This document shows positions 26,180 through 39,285 of a stretch of DNA of 64,000 nucleotides, piece after piece (positions within the stretch are counted from its first letter, which is position 1; the number at the start of each line of letters is the position of its first letter). This DNA comes from Azolla caroliniana (Eukaryota; Plantae; Polypodiophyta), in the NCBI GenBank assembly GCA_043228905.1, contig JBHGNT010000018.1, forward strand, positions 1,054,001 through 1,118,000, read 5' to 3'. The position numbers and the translations under genes are program-made. The notes under the pieces were generated by a model. That model saw nothing but the letters and a program-made list of their open reading frames with translations, made no database searches and was not told where the DNA came from.

Positions 26180-29100
26180 ATGATGCAGACCTCAGTCGTA
26201 GCTCCATCTCTTGCCCCGCAACAGATCCCTCAACCTTCTCAGTCCCAACAGTATCTTCAGCGTTTCCAATATGCCCCTCAGTCACCCGAAGATGTGAGAA
26301 CTCTGTGGATCGGAGATTTGCAGTATTGGATGGATGAGAATTACATCTCCAATTGTTTTCTTCACACTGGTGAGGTATGCCTTTTTTCAATTTTATTTGT
26401 TTTTTTATATTTGTGTCACTGTTCATTTAATTGTGGTTGATCTTGTCTTTTCTCCTTCGTCCCCCTTCTTCTTCCTTGCATTTGCGATTGTTCAAGTACT
26501 TGTCTTATTCTTTTTTCTTCCTTGATCAAATTGGATTTCATAATATATACCCATTTGTTTACGAAACTTGGATCAATTAAATAAGTTTTATGTGAGGAAT
26601 TACACTCGTATGTTGGGTGCATTATATTGGAAAAATGTAAGAGATACAAGTTACTGTTTAAGCCAAAAGGCGTTCTATTGTTGATATTGCTCTATATTTG
26701 AAATCAGTTAATAGGGATTTGTATTGTTCAGAATAATGTGAATTTTGGGAACAATGACCTCATATGCATTTTTGTGCGCTTGTTTGGATGACGTATATCT
26801 GTGATGAGAAACACAATTTTGTTACATATCAGAAAGTGAGAAAAGTTTGGCTTTCATTACTGATATTGATGTGCATTCACGTCATCGTGGTATGTCTTCA
26901 TATATGCACTTGTTTGAACATATTTGATGTATTATGCCAGTGGAATCTGGATAAATGACCTACATTAGGGCTGCAGTCATAGATTTGCAAAAACCCTTTG
27001 GCTTTCTATTGTTGACATTGATGTGAAATGTGAATCGGGTCCATAGGTATTTCTATTGGTAATATCATTGAAGATCGTTAACCCGTAGTGGAATTGTGTT
27101 CATAGGGATTTCTAATGTTGATGTTGATGTGAGATATCAACCAGGACTTACTATTTATTTGTTTGTGCTTATGGGATGATGGCACGAGATTTGCATCTTT
27201 GGAAGAAATTTGAGTGACCTATAATAAGGCTGAAAGAATTAGTTTTCTGTGACCTGAATCCAGATCATAGAAAACCTTTAATTTGAACCCAGCGGAAGCT
27301 CTTTTTAGATTGCACTGGAAGTTTTGAATCTGAATCCAGACCCTAAATTCTGCCGAATTGCCTTAAATTAAGAGCACTAAACAAATAATTGCACTCCTTT
27401 TGGTAAACTTGTGAGTTTTTCTGAAACGGAGTAACTTGGAAGCTCATAATTTCTTTCAAATTAAGCACTGGGTATAGTTGCAAGAAATGGCCCTTGCCTT
27501 AATCAAAACCATTAAAAAACCTGTTCTTTCCCATAAATTTCAGGTTTTGTTAAAAATTTCTTGATGGTTTTAGTATGATTTCGAAAGTAGAGGCATTGAA
27601 AAGGGGCTGTAGAATTTCCAATATGGATTTGTGCCTTCCCTGCTTCTTAGTTATTTATCCAGTCTAGTCCATCAATGTCTCTGGTCTAAGTCCATTCTCC
27701 TCATCCAACAATGTATAGATTTCCCTGCTGTATTTGTTTGTTTCTATCATTGGTTGGAAAGATCTAATCAAGTCGGTTACCTTCATCGTGCAGTTGATCA
27801 TAAAGCTATAAATATGTATATATTTCTTGTATTTAGGTTAAATGGAAATTATAATGAAGAACGTTCTTATCTATATTTTTGGTAGCTCACCGATATATAT
27901 TCATGTCAATGTGTCTACAAAAAGAACCTGAACGTGTCCAGCTGTTTACAAATTTTGGAAATGAGGAAAGCAGTTTCCCCTGTTTACTATTGTGCTTTCA
28001 ACAATACATGGAATGTTACATTAGAAGTTAAGAAACGCTGGTCTTTCTAATTATTGATACTGATGTGAAATCAGGTGATAGGAAATACTTCTTTGGACTG
28101 ATAGAATGTATTTGATAATACAATATTTTAAATCTGATGCTTCTAGTCACCTGGTTTTATTTCATAGATTCATATGAGTAGGTGTTGCACATACTGTGTA
28201 TGTATGTATAAGTTCAACTTAATGCGTAAAGTAACATTCAAAATAAAAAAATTCTTGATTCTTTTGAGATGGTGCTAGGTATCAACTGTCAAGATAATTA
28301 GAAACAAGCAGACGATGGCCTCAGAGGGCTATGGATTTGTGGAGTTCATTTCTCATGCTGCCGCCGAGAGGATATTGCAGACATTCAATGGTGTTATTAT
28401 GCCCCAAACCGAGCAAACGTTCAGGCTTAACTGGGCTTCCTTTGGCATGGGAGAGAGACGCATGGAAGGCTCAGATCTATCCATTTTTGTTGGTGATCTT
28501 GCTTCTGATGTTACTGATTACATTCTCCAAGAGACATTCAAGTCTCGCTATGCTTCGGTGAAGGGTGCAAGGGTTGTTATTGATCCTTCCACTGGTCGTT
28601 CAAAGGGTTACGGGTTTGTTCGATTTGGCGAAGACAGTGAAAGGACCCATGCAATGACAGAAATGAATGGTGTCTACTGTTCAAGCCGACCCATGCGTAT
28701 TAATATAGCAACACCAAAAAAATCTTTGGGTACACCCCAACCCAAAGGTATTTCGTTCAGCATTTTGTTCTAGAGATCTAAGTTTGGTCTTTTTCTTTTT
28801 TGATATTGGATTATTGAGATATCTTAAGCTCAATTGTTGTAGAAGAGGGCTGAGTTTTTTAGTGTTCGTATATGTTTTAAGTGTTAAGTTGCTGTCATTG
28901 GTATAGACAATTGAATATAGATTTTTTTCATAGAGAATGAAGATATTTTTAGTCCTTGTTTGGCTTAAATTTTCTTGTTCTGTTCATCCTGGTTGATAAC
29001 TATGGCAGCTTAATGCCCAAAGCTTCGGAAAATACAAGTAGATTTGGCTAAGTCTCAGAAGAATATTTTGCATTTAAATGGTATATGAGGAGGCGATATT

Positions 29101-31237
29101 TTGCATTTAAATAATGTAAAGTATCCTGGTTTTAGTTGTCGGTCTCTAGTTTAGGTCTGGTAAATGTTTTATTGGTCTCGTGATGAGAATATACATCTTT
29201 GTAGCATTATTTCCAATTGATAGATCTTGAAAATTACAAGTGAAAGCCAATAGAAAGCTAAAATGTTTCCATTCTTAGAGGGTTAAATTACTGGCATCCA
29301 TTAGTTGATAGTGCTCTCAAGCTATGACTTCCATTTGATGTATATATCAGATGTACAAGCTCCTCATGTTGTCTCATCCCAATGCCTGCAAAATATAGCA
29401 TCACCAGTGGTTGCAAATAACTTCCCTAAAAGTTATATCGTCGAGTAGCTTTTTGGAGAAGAATCAAGGCAATCCTAAGATGAGGGTTATGGCATTTCCT
29501 TTTAAAGAAATACTTAGTTGATTAATTCTGAGATATTTTAATGTAGTTCTTTTTTGTGTTACAAGGGTCATACTCATTTGTCTGCAAAGGGTTAATGGAT
29601 CTTACTTTGTTGCTGGTTAATTTTTCATTACAGCATCTGTTTCTCAAAACATGGCCTATAATGATGTTTCGGCTCAAGGATTTGCATCAGATAGCGATCC
29701 CAATAACACAACTGTATGCATCTATTATCTTCTTTATGCCAAATATTGCGTGGACATTTATATATCCAATTCTAAGGTCTTATTTTGAAATGGCTGAATA
29801 GTGTAGTAATCTAGATTTTTGCAACTTGGCAGGTGTTTGTTGGAGGATTGGATGCAAATGTCACGGATCAAGATCTTCGACAAGTTTTTGGTCAATATGG
29901 TGAACTAATTTCTGTGAAGATTCCAGTGGGGAAAGGTTGTGGGTTTGTTCAGTTTTCGCAAAGGTCTGTACCCCTAATGGATACATTCAGTTTCTTTTAT
30001 CTGTATTCTCTCTTCATACTGTGCAAACATAGGAGCGTTTCTTCCTTTCATAGTTTTGTTTTTTTGAACTTTTTTTGCAAAGTCTGTTTTTTTACAACAC
30101 ACTCCATGAGTTGGAAACAATCGATTCGCAGGGCTGCTGCTGAAGAAGCTATTCAGAAGCTTCATGGAACTTCGATTGGTCAGCAAACTGTTAGGCTATC
30201 GTGGGGAAGAAGTCCTGCTAACAAGCAGGTAGAGGTATCAGCTTTTTTTTCTTGCCTATTTATATTTTTTACTTTGTCTAGGATCTGTGTCTAATGAAGA
30301 TTTAATACTAAAGGCTCTAAATTCTAATCCCACCACACCCATTCTTAGAGGCATATCACAGCCTTCATATTTCTTTTTTCTCTTTACTTTATCTTATCTT
30401 AGAGCATATCCCAAGGAGATCTCATGAATTGCTTTAATTTCTCATCCCCAAAATGCTTTGTTAACGTACTGTACAAAAAAGAGGAATTTAATTTGTTAAG
30501 GCCCAAGCCTTCGTATTAGTGAAAATCCAAGGTTCTAGAAAATTTAAAACAGGAAGATAGATGTAAACAAAGCGAATTTTGATTTTTTAGAATTCCTAAT
30601 GCTCATGAACATTGAATTTTTTGGGAAATTTTATTGCCTAAGAGCATGTCTGCAAAACAACATTTGGAATAGATTTAAAAAAATAATTTAAGTTAGCTCA
30701 CTTCAAACTGTTATGAGGGATGTGTAGTTGGGGAAACTTTATATCTCTTCCTGTGTGTTGCATGAGAAGAAACACTATGCCAACCTCTAAACCTGGGACA
30801 ACATATATTTTTTGAAACCCTAAAACGTATAGAAATACTGAGCTGATATTCCAGTTCGATAAATTTAGCCAAAATTATATGTAAGCTCTTGCTAAATTTA
30901 GCAAAATTTTCAAAAATCTTGATTGTAAAGTATTAGCAGAAAGTTTTTCACCCCCTAAGTTCTTCTTGCCTACTCTAGACGTTTGTTATGAATTTTTGTA
31001 ATAGAATTTTTGTATGTGTTGCCACAAGTGTATTTATTTACAATTTTTGTATGCTCTTGATATCAGACTCAATTTGCTCCATGGGGTCAAATTCAGCCAG
31101 ATGGTGCTCAGTGGAACCCTGGGTACTTTGCTTATGGGCAAGGTTATGAAGGGTATGGATATGTACCTCCTGCTCCGCAGGATGGATCCGTATATGCATA
31201 TGGGAGCTATCCGGGTTATGGATATTATACTCAACAG
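26180..31237 (+). CDS. RBP45: Polyadenylate-binding protein RBP45/RBP47 family (3 RRMs); exons 26180-26374, 28279-28747, 29634-29713, 29833-29963, 30132-30228, 31067-31237; terminal exon uncertain (possibly from 33259)
   Basis: Q-rich N-terminus, RTLWIGDLQYWMDENY, KIIRNKQT..SEGYGFVEF, FRLNWASF, IFVGDLASDVTD, RSKGYGFVRF, DPNNTTVFVGGLD, GKGCGFVQF, VRLSWGRSP and a YG-rich tail; splice phases consistent. Confidence 0.93.
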
Positions 31238-33420
31238 GTAAGCTAAACTAGGTGTCAACATTTCTAGAGGTGTCATGTAGGGAGGGTCCTAGGGAGGTCA
31301 AGTTCTAAAACCTTTTTTTGAGGCTGTTTTATTCGGAGATTAATGCTTTTGAATGCAGCATTTGTACTAAATGTGATATGTTCGACACGATAGTGACAAT
31401 TGGTACTCTTGATGGTATCCTATTTATTACCATTGTAAATCGTAGACTTTCCTGCATCAGAACCGGACATGGATCTTGGATCTTGCATTAGTTAATAATC
31501 GGAAGAGAAATGAGTATTAATGTTTGGATATGTGTAATGGTTTTATATGGTGATAGATGAAGTTGATTAATATGATTAGTAGAATTAGTTCTGTATATAC
31601 TGGCATTATCAAAGCAAATTTACATGCCATAAAACAAATTCACCAAATCCAAGCCTAGGTTGTATCAATAGATGGTCATTGTATATTATTGTCATTGTCA
31701 AATCATGCTCGTGTTTTTCTTATGGTTCATTTTTGTCTGGTCTAAATGCCCAACTTATTTTCATATGATAAACTTGGAAGAAGCTAAGACCGTTAAGGAC
31801 TGCTATCCCCATTTTATATGGCCCATGTGAAATATTGCAGCTCTTTATTTCCTAGAGACAAAATGATCATTAGGGGAGTGAACTTCAGAAAAGACAAATA
31901 TGTGAATGTACTTGAAATAAGGTCACAATGATTGATAAAATAATGCCACATGGAAATGGCTTATGAATATTATTTGTGATGTGAAGACATTAGACCAACC
32001 ACTGTCTTAAGGTTATGCACCATATTATCGTGTTTATACATTCATTAATGATTGTAAACCTGATCTTCCTAAAAACTGTGGGAGTAAAGTATACGTGGTG
32101 GTAAACGACATGATCTTGCCAGCTGAATTAAATGGTAAAAGAAGTTCATGCAATTTGAGCTGTAGATTTCAACATCTTTAGCTAAGATTTTGGTCCTTGA
32201 AAAATAGCCCACTACCAAGTGAGCAAATGCTTTGTAATGTAGTTCATTGTTTAGGTGTGGTGTGATATACTCAAATGTTGTGTATTGGCACGTTTTTTAA
32301 TCTTTATGATATTTATAAGTTTGCATAAATAAAGACATACGATTATCTGAGATTAGCAAATAGAATTGGTTTTTAAGACTTCAGTTTTGCATATTGCACA
32401 TTAACATGCTCAATTAGTGTTAATGATTAAATGTGAAAATCCCTTTTTATTTACTCAAACTCATAAATGTCATCATATCTAGGGATGTATTTGTAGTGTT
32501 TAGACACTATTAAAGTCATGACATGGCAAGAAGGGTGTGGGCTCACATATGTATGGGCATATAGTAGTAAGTTTTTGATACAGAAAAATGGATATTGAGC
32601 AATGTAGGTGTATGAAAGAAGGCAATTGCAGCAGAAATTCAGGTAGTGATTGATATTGATACAATCCACATGATTAATGCCAGAGGTAGGCGTGTAAAAA
32701 GTGAGACTTGTTCATGTTGTTGGATCAAACCAACTCAAGACTGATGTAGTCAGCTAGGCCAGAATAGGCCAGAAAGATAATATTAATGTGACAGATACTC
32801 TTTTAATGAAATAGTTCAGATTGCTGGTGATTTCAAGATGTTTTGAATGTTAAAAAAGTCCCTTTTGACCTGACACATTTAAAAAATGAAGAAATTTCTT
32901 TTGGGCAAAATTGATGAAGGTCACAATAAGTTAAAAGATATCACATTTGATATGAGGTTTTCTATTATGAGAAGTTGCAATAACATTAAAAGATACTGCA
33001 TGACATGATATGAGGTTTTCTATTAGATGCAGAACAATACACATTATATATGAAAACGAGGTATTGCATTAAATGAAACCTTGGATGGAATGTATAGTTC
33101 TTATGATGAGGTTTCTATATTTTGTTTTGTACCCATTGATTTACTAAGTGAGCAACCATCCTATTCTAATTTACCTTTCTTTGTTCTACATTTATGTAGT
33201 TCTTAGTTCATTAGCGTCATCAAATTCCATCACTATCTTTTCTTTTCCCATTTTCCAGGTAGTTGATGGATGTCAAATTTCAAGCGTAGCCTACTATATA
33301 TTCATAATGCTTCAATTATTATAAACATTTATGCTTTACTTCTTCAATAAACATTTTTACATCTTTTTCATATGCATTGCCATTGTCCACATGACGACAC
33401 AAGGGAATAACCTCATATGG

Positions 33421-36400
33421 TTATGTTAGGCAATTGCATGTTGTTGCAAGCCATGGGAGCAACTCGTTATGGACAAGTTCAGGCCTATCATCATGTGGGC
33501 AATGGCCCACATCTGCCAGCATTTTCAATTGGACATTGCCTTGAGTGTTAGGGAGATCACTGAAGAATCTACCTATTGGACCATCAATTGGTGTGAATGG
33601 ATCTTTGTCCCCCCACAACACTAAGACAGGGATAGAGATCTTAGAGAATAACTGAATTGGGGATGGTCCTGGTGGCCCTGTGATCACTGAAACAAATGCA
33701 TCGAGTGCTCCTTCATCTTGTGCAGGCCTTGCAATAATCTGTTTGAGAAAGCTTAAATCATTTTAGAAGAAAACTTCAAGCCCTGTTTCATATATTTGAA
33801 TTGACATATTTCATACATTGCAGGGAAAAACACAAGCTCTTTTTTGTACATAGTTTACATACATCGATAAGTTCATCATCCACGGCTTCTTTGTTGCAAT
33901 AAACAGATTGAAGCACATTTTTGAGATTTTCCCTAGAGGCAAAAACAAACAATTGTCATACAGCCCATTTCCATCTTTTTGATCTCTCTGCACAATATTA
34001 TGTGTTCGAAGATGTCTGATACATAGAATAATACCTCGTCTGGACTCGTTGAAACAAAGCTGATGCAATCCACTTTTGGAGAAGCAAAAAATCAATCAAC
34101 CATAAGAGTGGAAAAAGAAGACGAATTCTCCAATCATCAACAATTGCCTTGTTATTCATCCCTCCCGAACAATTCAACAACACCAAGCCTTGCACCAAAC
34201 CTTGTGGGGCTTCTGCTATAATGAATTCAAGGCTGAATTAAAGAAGCTTCTTCAACCCAAATTTCCTGGTACATTATATTTCAAATCCATTTTAGACGCT
34301 TTGAAAATAGCACGACATCATGTGCTGAAACATTGTCTTTATATGTTATAGATGAGACTTAAAATTTCCAGACATGTCCTCCAAAGCTATTGCTCATAGA
34401 TTCCCTACGTTACATTATTAGAGTAGAATTAAACTATGTAAACATGATGGTACAGTTGTAAGGTTGTGCTTTGAAACATAGTCTGGATCTCGGGGTTTTG
34501 ATGTTGTTTCCTATATAGAAGTCTTCATAATTTTAGCTTGAGATCATGCACAATTACAGTCTGTTCCTACAAAAATGACTCTATAGCAATGGCATTAACA
34601 TATTCTCCTGATGCACGGAGCAAAAGAACCCAAGACACTATTGAAGAGTTTTCTTACAATAACCAAAGAAGAACAGTTAATATTTTGCCAGTAAAAGAGT
34701 CTTAAGAACTTTCCTGCAGCCACAATTGTACATGCTAAGCTCCCAATGGAATTGCCAATGAGAATGGTTGGCTTGCCAATCACTTGTTGAATGAAATCAG
34801 ACAGCATCTAGCAAGAACCAATACATAAAGGAAACACTTGTAAGAGTTTTTAAACCCCCCTTTTCGTAGACTTCATTGTTATTCAAAATTTGAAGAGGTG
34901 ATATACCTCACCCCATGTCTCCATAGTGTACTGGAAATTGGGAGGCTTTTCTGAAGCACCAAGGCCTAGTAAATCAATAGCATAAACGGTGTTGCTCTTT
35001 GAAAGAATCCCTATATTTCTGATAGGAAATTTCAAAACAATTAGTCAAAGGGCTGATCAAATTTTCTTCTTGGCCATTAGAGCATTTGCCGCGTCTATTA
35101 ATACTTTTACAAAAGGAATGGACCTAAAATTTCCATAGACTAAATATGATTAGATAAATTTCTTCAAAAGGATGTCTAATCCTAATTGTGAGCTTATGGT
35201 CCGAATGCACATGTTCACCTTCTCAAATGAGATACTAGACTTACAAATACTACCAAAAATCATGCTGATTGTGAAACATTCAAGTACTATGTGGATATAA
35301 TCCAATGTTCCTGAAGAATGATAGGAAAAATGTCTCTTTATCTGGTGGTTCTATATCTTCTATGAACTTTTCTCATGTTCATCTTGGGGACAATAGTACC
35401 CGAAAGTAGTACTATTTGTATTCTTCTTAAATGACATTATTTTTCGCAACTGTTTTTGTTTGTCGCTCTCTCCAGGAAGTGGATAAGTGCAAGATGGCAT
35501 GTAGCAGCATGAGCAAGACTTGCCTTACAAAAACAAGCATTTTTTTATGTAGGACTCGCAATTCTACTTTAGCACTAATGGAGAGAGAACTCTTATGTCC
35601 TGCATTCGGTGGAGAGTTACCTTGGAAACTCTACATGTAAGTTTTAGCTGTCGAAATAATAGGCTTAATCTGATGGCTGAGTTTTTAGGATTTTCCAAAA
35701 TACCAAAAGGTGTGTTGATCTTTGGCGTCATCTGGGTGTCGACCTACTCTATTAGGAGCAATCCAGCTTCCTAGATGTGAAATCGACTTTTAGAAACACC
35801 AAACTCTCAGGAGCTGTTTCTTTGTTTATGTAACATGTTTCCAGTGGTGAAAGTTTAGCTTAATTGGTGATCCAACGTTTGTATTTTACCTCCCACAGGC
35901 CAGTTTCATTCTACCCTGGTAGCAAGCATTGATTTTTTCAGAAAACCTAAACCTGCATTCAAATCTTAATGTGGGGAGGGGAGGGGAGGTGGCTTTTACG
36001 GTACAAATCTTAATGTAGAAGACTCAAGGGGTAGGAGTTGGAGGAGACTAATGCAACCCTAATTGTGGATGCATTAGATGACCCTTTTTATAACTTTAAA
36101 TGTGGAGATTAATGCAACCCTATCTGTGAATGCCTTAGATGACCCATTTCATAATCTTGAATGTGTTAATCTTGATTAACACATGGTGAATCGCCATCGT
36201 CGTCGTCTCTGTCTAGCTATTGGTTTGGTGGTTTATACCATAACATCAAAGCAATAAAATTGAGAGAACCCAAGTTCAATCCTCACCATGGGCTCAGCCC
36301 TATCTCGTCGATCTAGTAGAAGTTAATATAGTTTTCTTTCCCACATGCACATGCACTGCATAGATCTTAAATGCAAAGAGACTTGATATAGTTCGCTTCT

Positions 36401-36865
36401 AGAGTGATAATGATGGTGAGGATGAATAGGAAATAGAGACGGTATGACAAAATACCTGCGCCAGTGACCCATCGAAGCACCGAAGCCATGGACGAGAAGC
36501 AAGGGAGGTCCGAGGCCTTGGACGGAGTAAACAATCTTGAAGCTTCGCCATGTCCACGTCTTGCAGGTCTCATAGATAGAGGAGAGATGAGGAGAGAAGG
36601 CATAATCAGTGCTTATCGCTTTCACCTGCTTCTCCGATTCCTCCCGGGCAGATGGAAAGGCAGAGGGTTCATTCCCGATCACGGCGGCCTTCGTATTCTG
36701 CTCCTCTGTGGGAGAAGAGGCACGCAGGTGGAGGAAGAGTGGGCGGCGGCGAGGGTTCCGAGCTCTGGCGATGGAGATGGGAGGGAATGAGGAGGAGAGG
36801 CTGAGGAGGGAGGGATTGGGGTGGGAGAGGGAGGAGCAGCAGCCGCAGCAGCTGAGGAGGGCCAT
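33421..36865 (-). CDS. CLD1: Plastid alpha/beta hydrolase, chlorophyll dephytylase 1 (CLD1)-like; exons 36865-36456, 35018-34907, 34807-34714, 34212-34035, 33932-33863, 33738-33421
   Basis: Ser/Arg-rich transit peptide, LLVHGFGASMGHWRRNI, VYAIDLLGLGASEKP, GNSIG nucleophile elbow, LLNCSGGMNNKAIVDDWRI, TGPPGPSP, WGDKDPFTP and GHCPHDDRP; collinear with Arabidopsis CLD1 as recalled. Confidence 0.88.
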
Positions 36866-37420
36866 GGAGAGACAGAGACAGAGACAGAGACAGAGAGCTA
36901 CATACATGTATGTATGTATGTATGTATGTATGTATGTATGTATATGTAGCCGCTATGCTTATCTAGCAGAAGGAAGCATATAGCATATGGCTATTGGCTA
37001 TGGCTATGGCTTCTGGATGGATGGATGGATGGATGGGTGGATGGGTGGATGGGGCGGTGGTCCGGCACTCCCCGTCGGCCAGAGCCCTTTCGCCGATCAC
37101 TTCGTGGACGACTCTCTTTGGACGGATGGATATGGATGGACGAACACGAGATAAATGCCGTCGGGCTGAGCCCTTTTGCCGACCACTTTCCGTGGGCGAC
37201 TCTCTTTGGACGGACGGACGGATATGGACGGACGAACACGAGATTAAGTGCTGAGGCTCGACAAGAGGCCTCGAGGTGTTCGATCGGACGCTCCGCCGAT
37301 CTTTACACTTTGGGCCCAGGATGTCATGGGTTCAATCCTTACATGCCACAGTGGCATCTAAGTAATTTATAATTTAAGATGAAGCCACACGAAAAGGACT
37401 AGAGAGAGAGAGAGAGAGCC

Positions 37421-38105
37421 ATCTGTTGAGTCTCTTATATGGCTATCATCGAAGGCCAAAGAATAATGGAAAATACACAAATCTGTTCATGGGTGTTGGT
37501 AGATCTTACAACGCAGTTGGCATTCTAAATTGCCACTTGTAGCAAAGGTCTTTATTTGGAGAGTTTTGATTAGAGGATTGCCTTTAGGATTAGCTCTAAA
37601 GCACCGTGGACTAGCAATAGGTAATTGCTTTTTTTTTGCACTGTTCAAATAGAAGATAGTACTCGTCGATTTATACAATGTTCGATTGCTTGTCACATTT
37701 GGAGTTACATTTCTCAAATTCGGCAAGTTTTATCATGGTGTTATTTGACACCTAGACAGTGGGTGTTTGCACGATTTACAGAGGTTGACACAAAATTAGA
37801 GATAGAGATCGTTTTTCTATTTCTAAGATATTGGGGATTGTGTCATAATTGGAATATGCGCAACGTTAGTAGACATGGAGTGAAAGCATATCTACGAAAG
37901 TTGAAGGGAATACTAATGTGGCAAATTTCTTTATTGGAGCAAGTGGAAATTCTTTCCTCGGTGAAGTGTTTGTCTTGCATATTGGCAATTCAACATGTTC
38001 CACTACCCATGTAGTGTAGTTAGTGGGTGACCATACTCCATTGTCACATCCATCGTAAGTAGTGTTTTTTACACACATTTTTTAATATAATTGTGTGTTT
38101 TCACC
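37421..38105 (+). mobile_element. Decayed L1-type LINE 3' fragment (zf-RVT region)
   Basis: ORF 37625-38014 FFCTVQIEDSTRRFIQCSIACHIW...WGLCHNWNMRN fits the CxFC..E..HxFxxCxxAxxIW / WxIWxxRN pattern. Flanked on both sides by (AG)nCCA. Confidence 0.6.
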
Positions 38106-38203
38106 AAGAGAGAGAGAGAGAGCCACCGATCTTTACACTCTGGGCCTAGTGGGTTCAATCCCTACATTCCACAATGGCATCTAGTAAATTAAGATGAAGC
38201 TAC

Positions 38204-38242
<39 letters not shown>

Positions 38243-38245
<3 letters not shown>

Positions 38246-38340
38246 TAGATGAATGTTGCTCAGTTGGTAGGGTTGCCCAATGGAGACCAGGTGGTCATGG
38301 GTTTAACCTCTACATTCCATAGTGGCATTAAATAGTGAAA
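38243..38340 (+). mobile_element. tRNA-derived SINE-like sequence, with partial related copies at 37316-37360 and 38150-38182
   Basis: A-box-like TGCTCAGTTGGTAG at 38257 and B-box-like GGGTTTAACC at 38299. The shared tail TACATTCCA.AGTGGCAT and GGGTTCAATCC recur in the other copies. No full tRNA cloverleaf. Confidence 0.55.
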
Positions 38341-38770
38341 TTAGAGATATATATGGAATAATAAAGAGGTGAGAAAATTGGGTTTCGAACCCAAAGATGT
38401 AATGCTAGTAGTGTAAATGAATTACCACTAGGGTAACATAAGTTCAAAATTTTATAATTGCATTTAGTAAATTAAGATATATGAATGGAGTGAGAAAATT
38501 GGGTTTTTGAACCCAAGACACGGTGCACAACGTATCACTAGGGTAAGCTAATTAAGGGAGGGAGAGAGAGTGAGACACGAGAGCCCACATGTGTGGTTCC
38601 TTTGATGTCATTGTTATCGGATACAAAGTATATACATACATACATACATATATTGTCGGGGACCCGAGGCTCAGGCTGTCCGGGTGGCTCAGATGGGGTT
38701 TCTGTGATTTGGCCGGCCGGCAGAGTGAGGATTTTCCGGGAGTCCCCGGACATTTCAATGGCACCACACA

Positions 38771-39285
38771 AAGAAGAAGAAGAAGAAGAAGAAGAAGAAG
38801 AAGAAGAAGAAAAGAAGAGTCTAATCCACTAAAACTCACATGGGCGAATGTGAAGGTCTGAACTTTAAAGAAGAAGAAAGAAGAAGAAAGAAGAAAGAAG
38901 AAGAAGAAGAAGAAGAAGAAGATCAAACCGAAAACAAACTCCATATCCATTCAAGAGACTGTAGAAGAAGAAGAAGAAGAAGAAGAAGAAGAAGAAGAAG
39001 AAGAAGAAGAAGACAGACAGACAGACAGACAGACAGACCAAACCAGAAGAAAAGCTCCATTCCCCATTCAAGAGACTGTAGTAGAAGCAGAGGATATGAG
39101 ATCATACCAGCTTCAAACTCAGTATCCATTCAAGAGACTGTTGTAGAAGAAGTGGATATCAGATCATACCAGAATAAAACACCATATCCATTCAAGAGAC
39201 TGTGGTAGTAGAGTAGAAGAAATCACATCAAAGCAAAAGAAAACTCCATATCTATTCAGCGGGACTGTAGAAGAAGAAGAAGAGA
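38771..39285. repeat. (GAA)n tracts plus five copies of AAACTCCATATCCATTCAAGAGACTGT (~62-bp period in the core)
   Basis: Motif copies near 38936, 39052, 39115, 39177 and 39241. Confidence 0.85.

Noticed and set aside
38243-38320. Possible tRNA gene
   Set aside because: It has A/B-box-like motifs, but I could not fold an acceptor or anticodon stem; treated as SINE-like.
38936-39270. Repeat-spacer pattern resembling a CRISPR array
   Set aside because: The repeats are degenerate, the linkers are related to each other and to GAA tracts, there are no cas genes, and the context is eukaryotic; it is a minisatellite.
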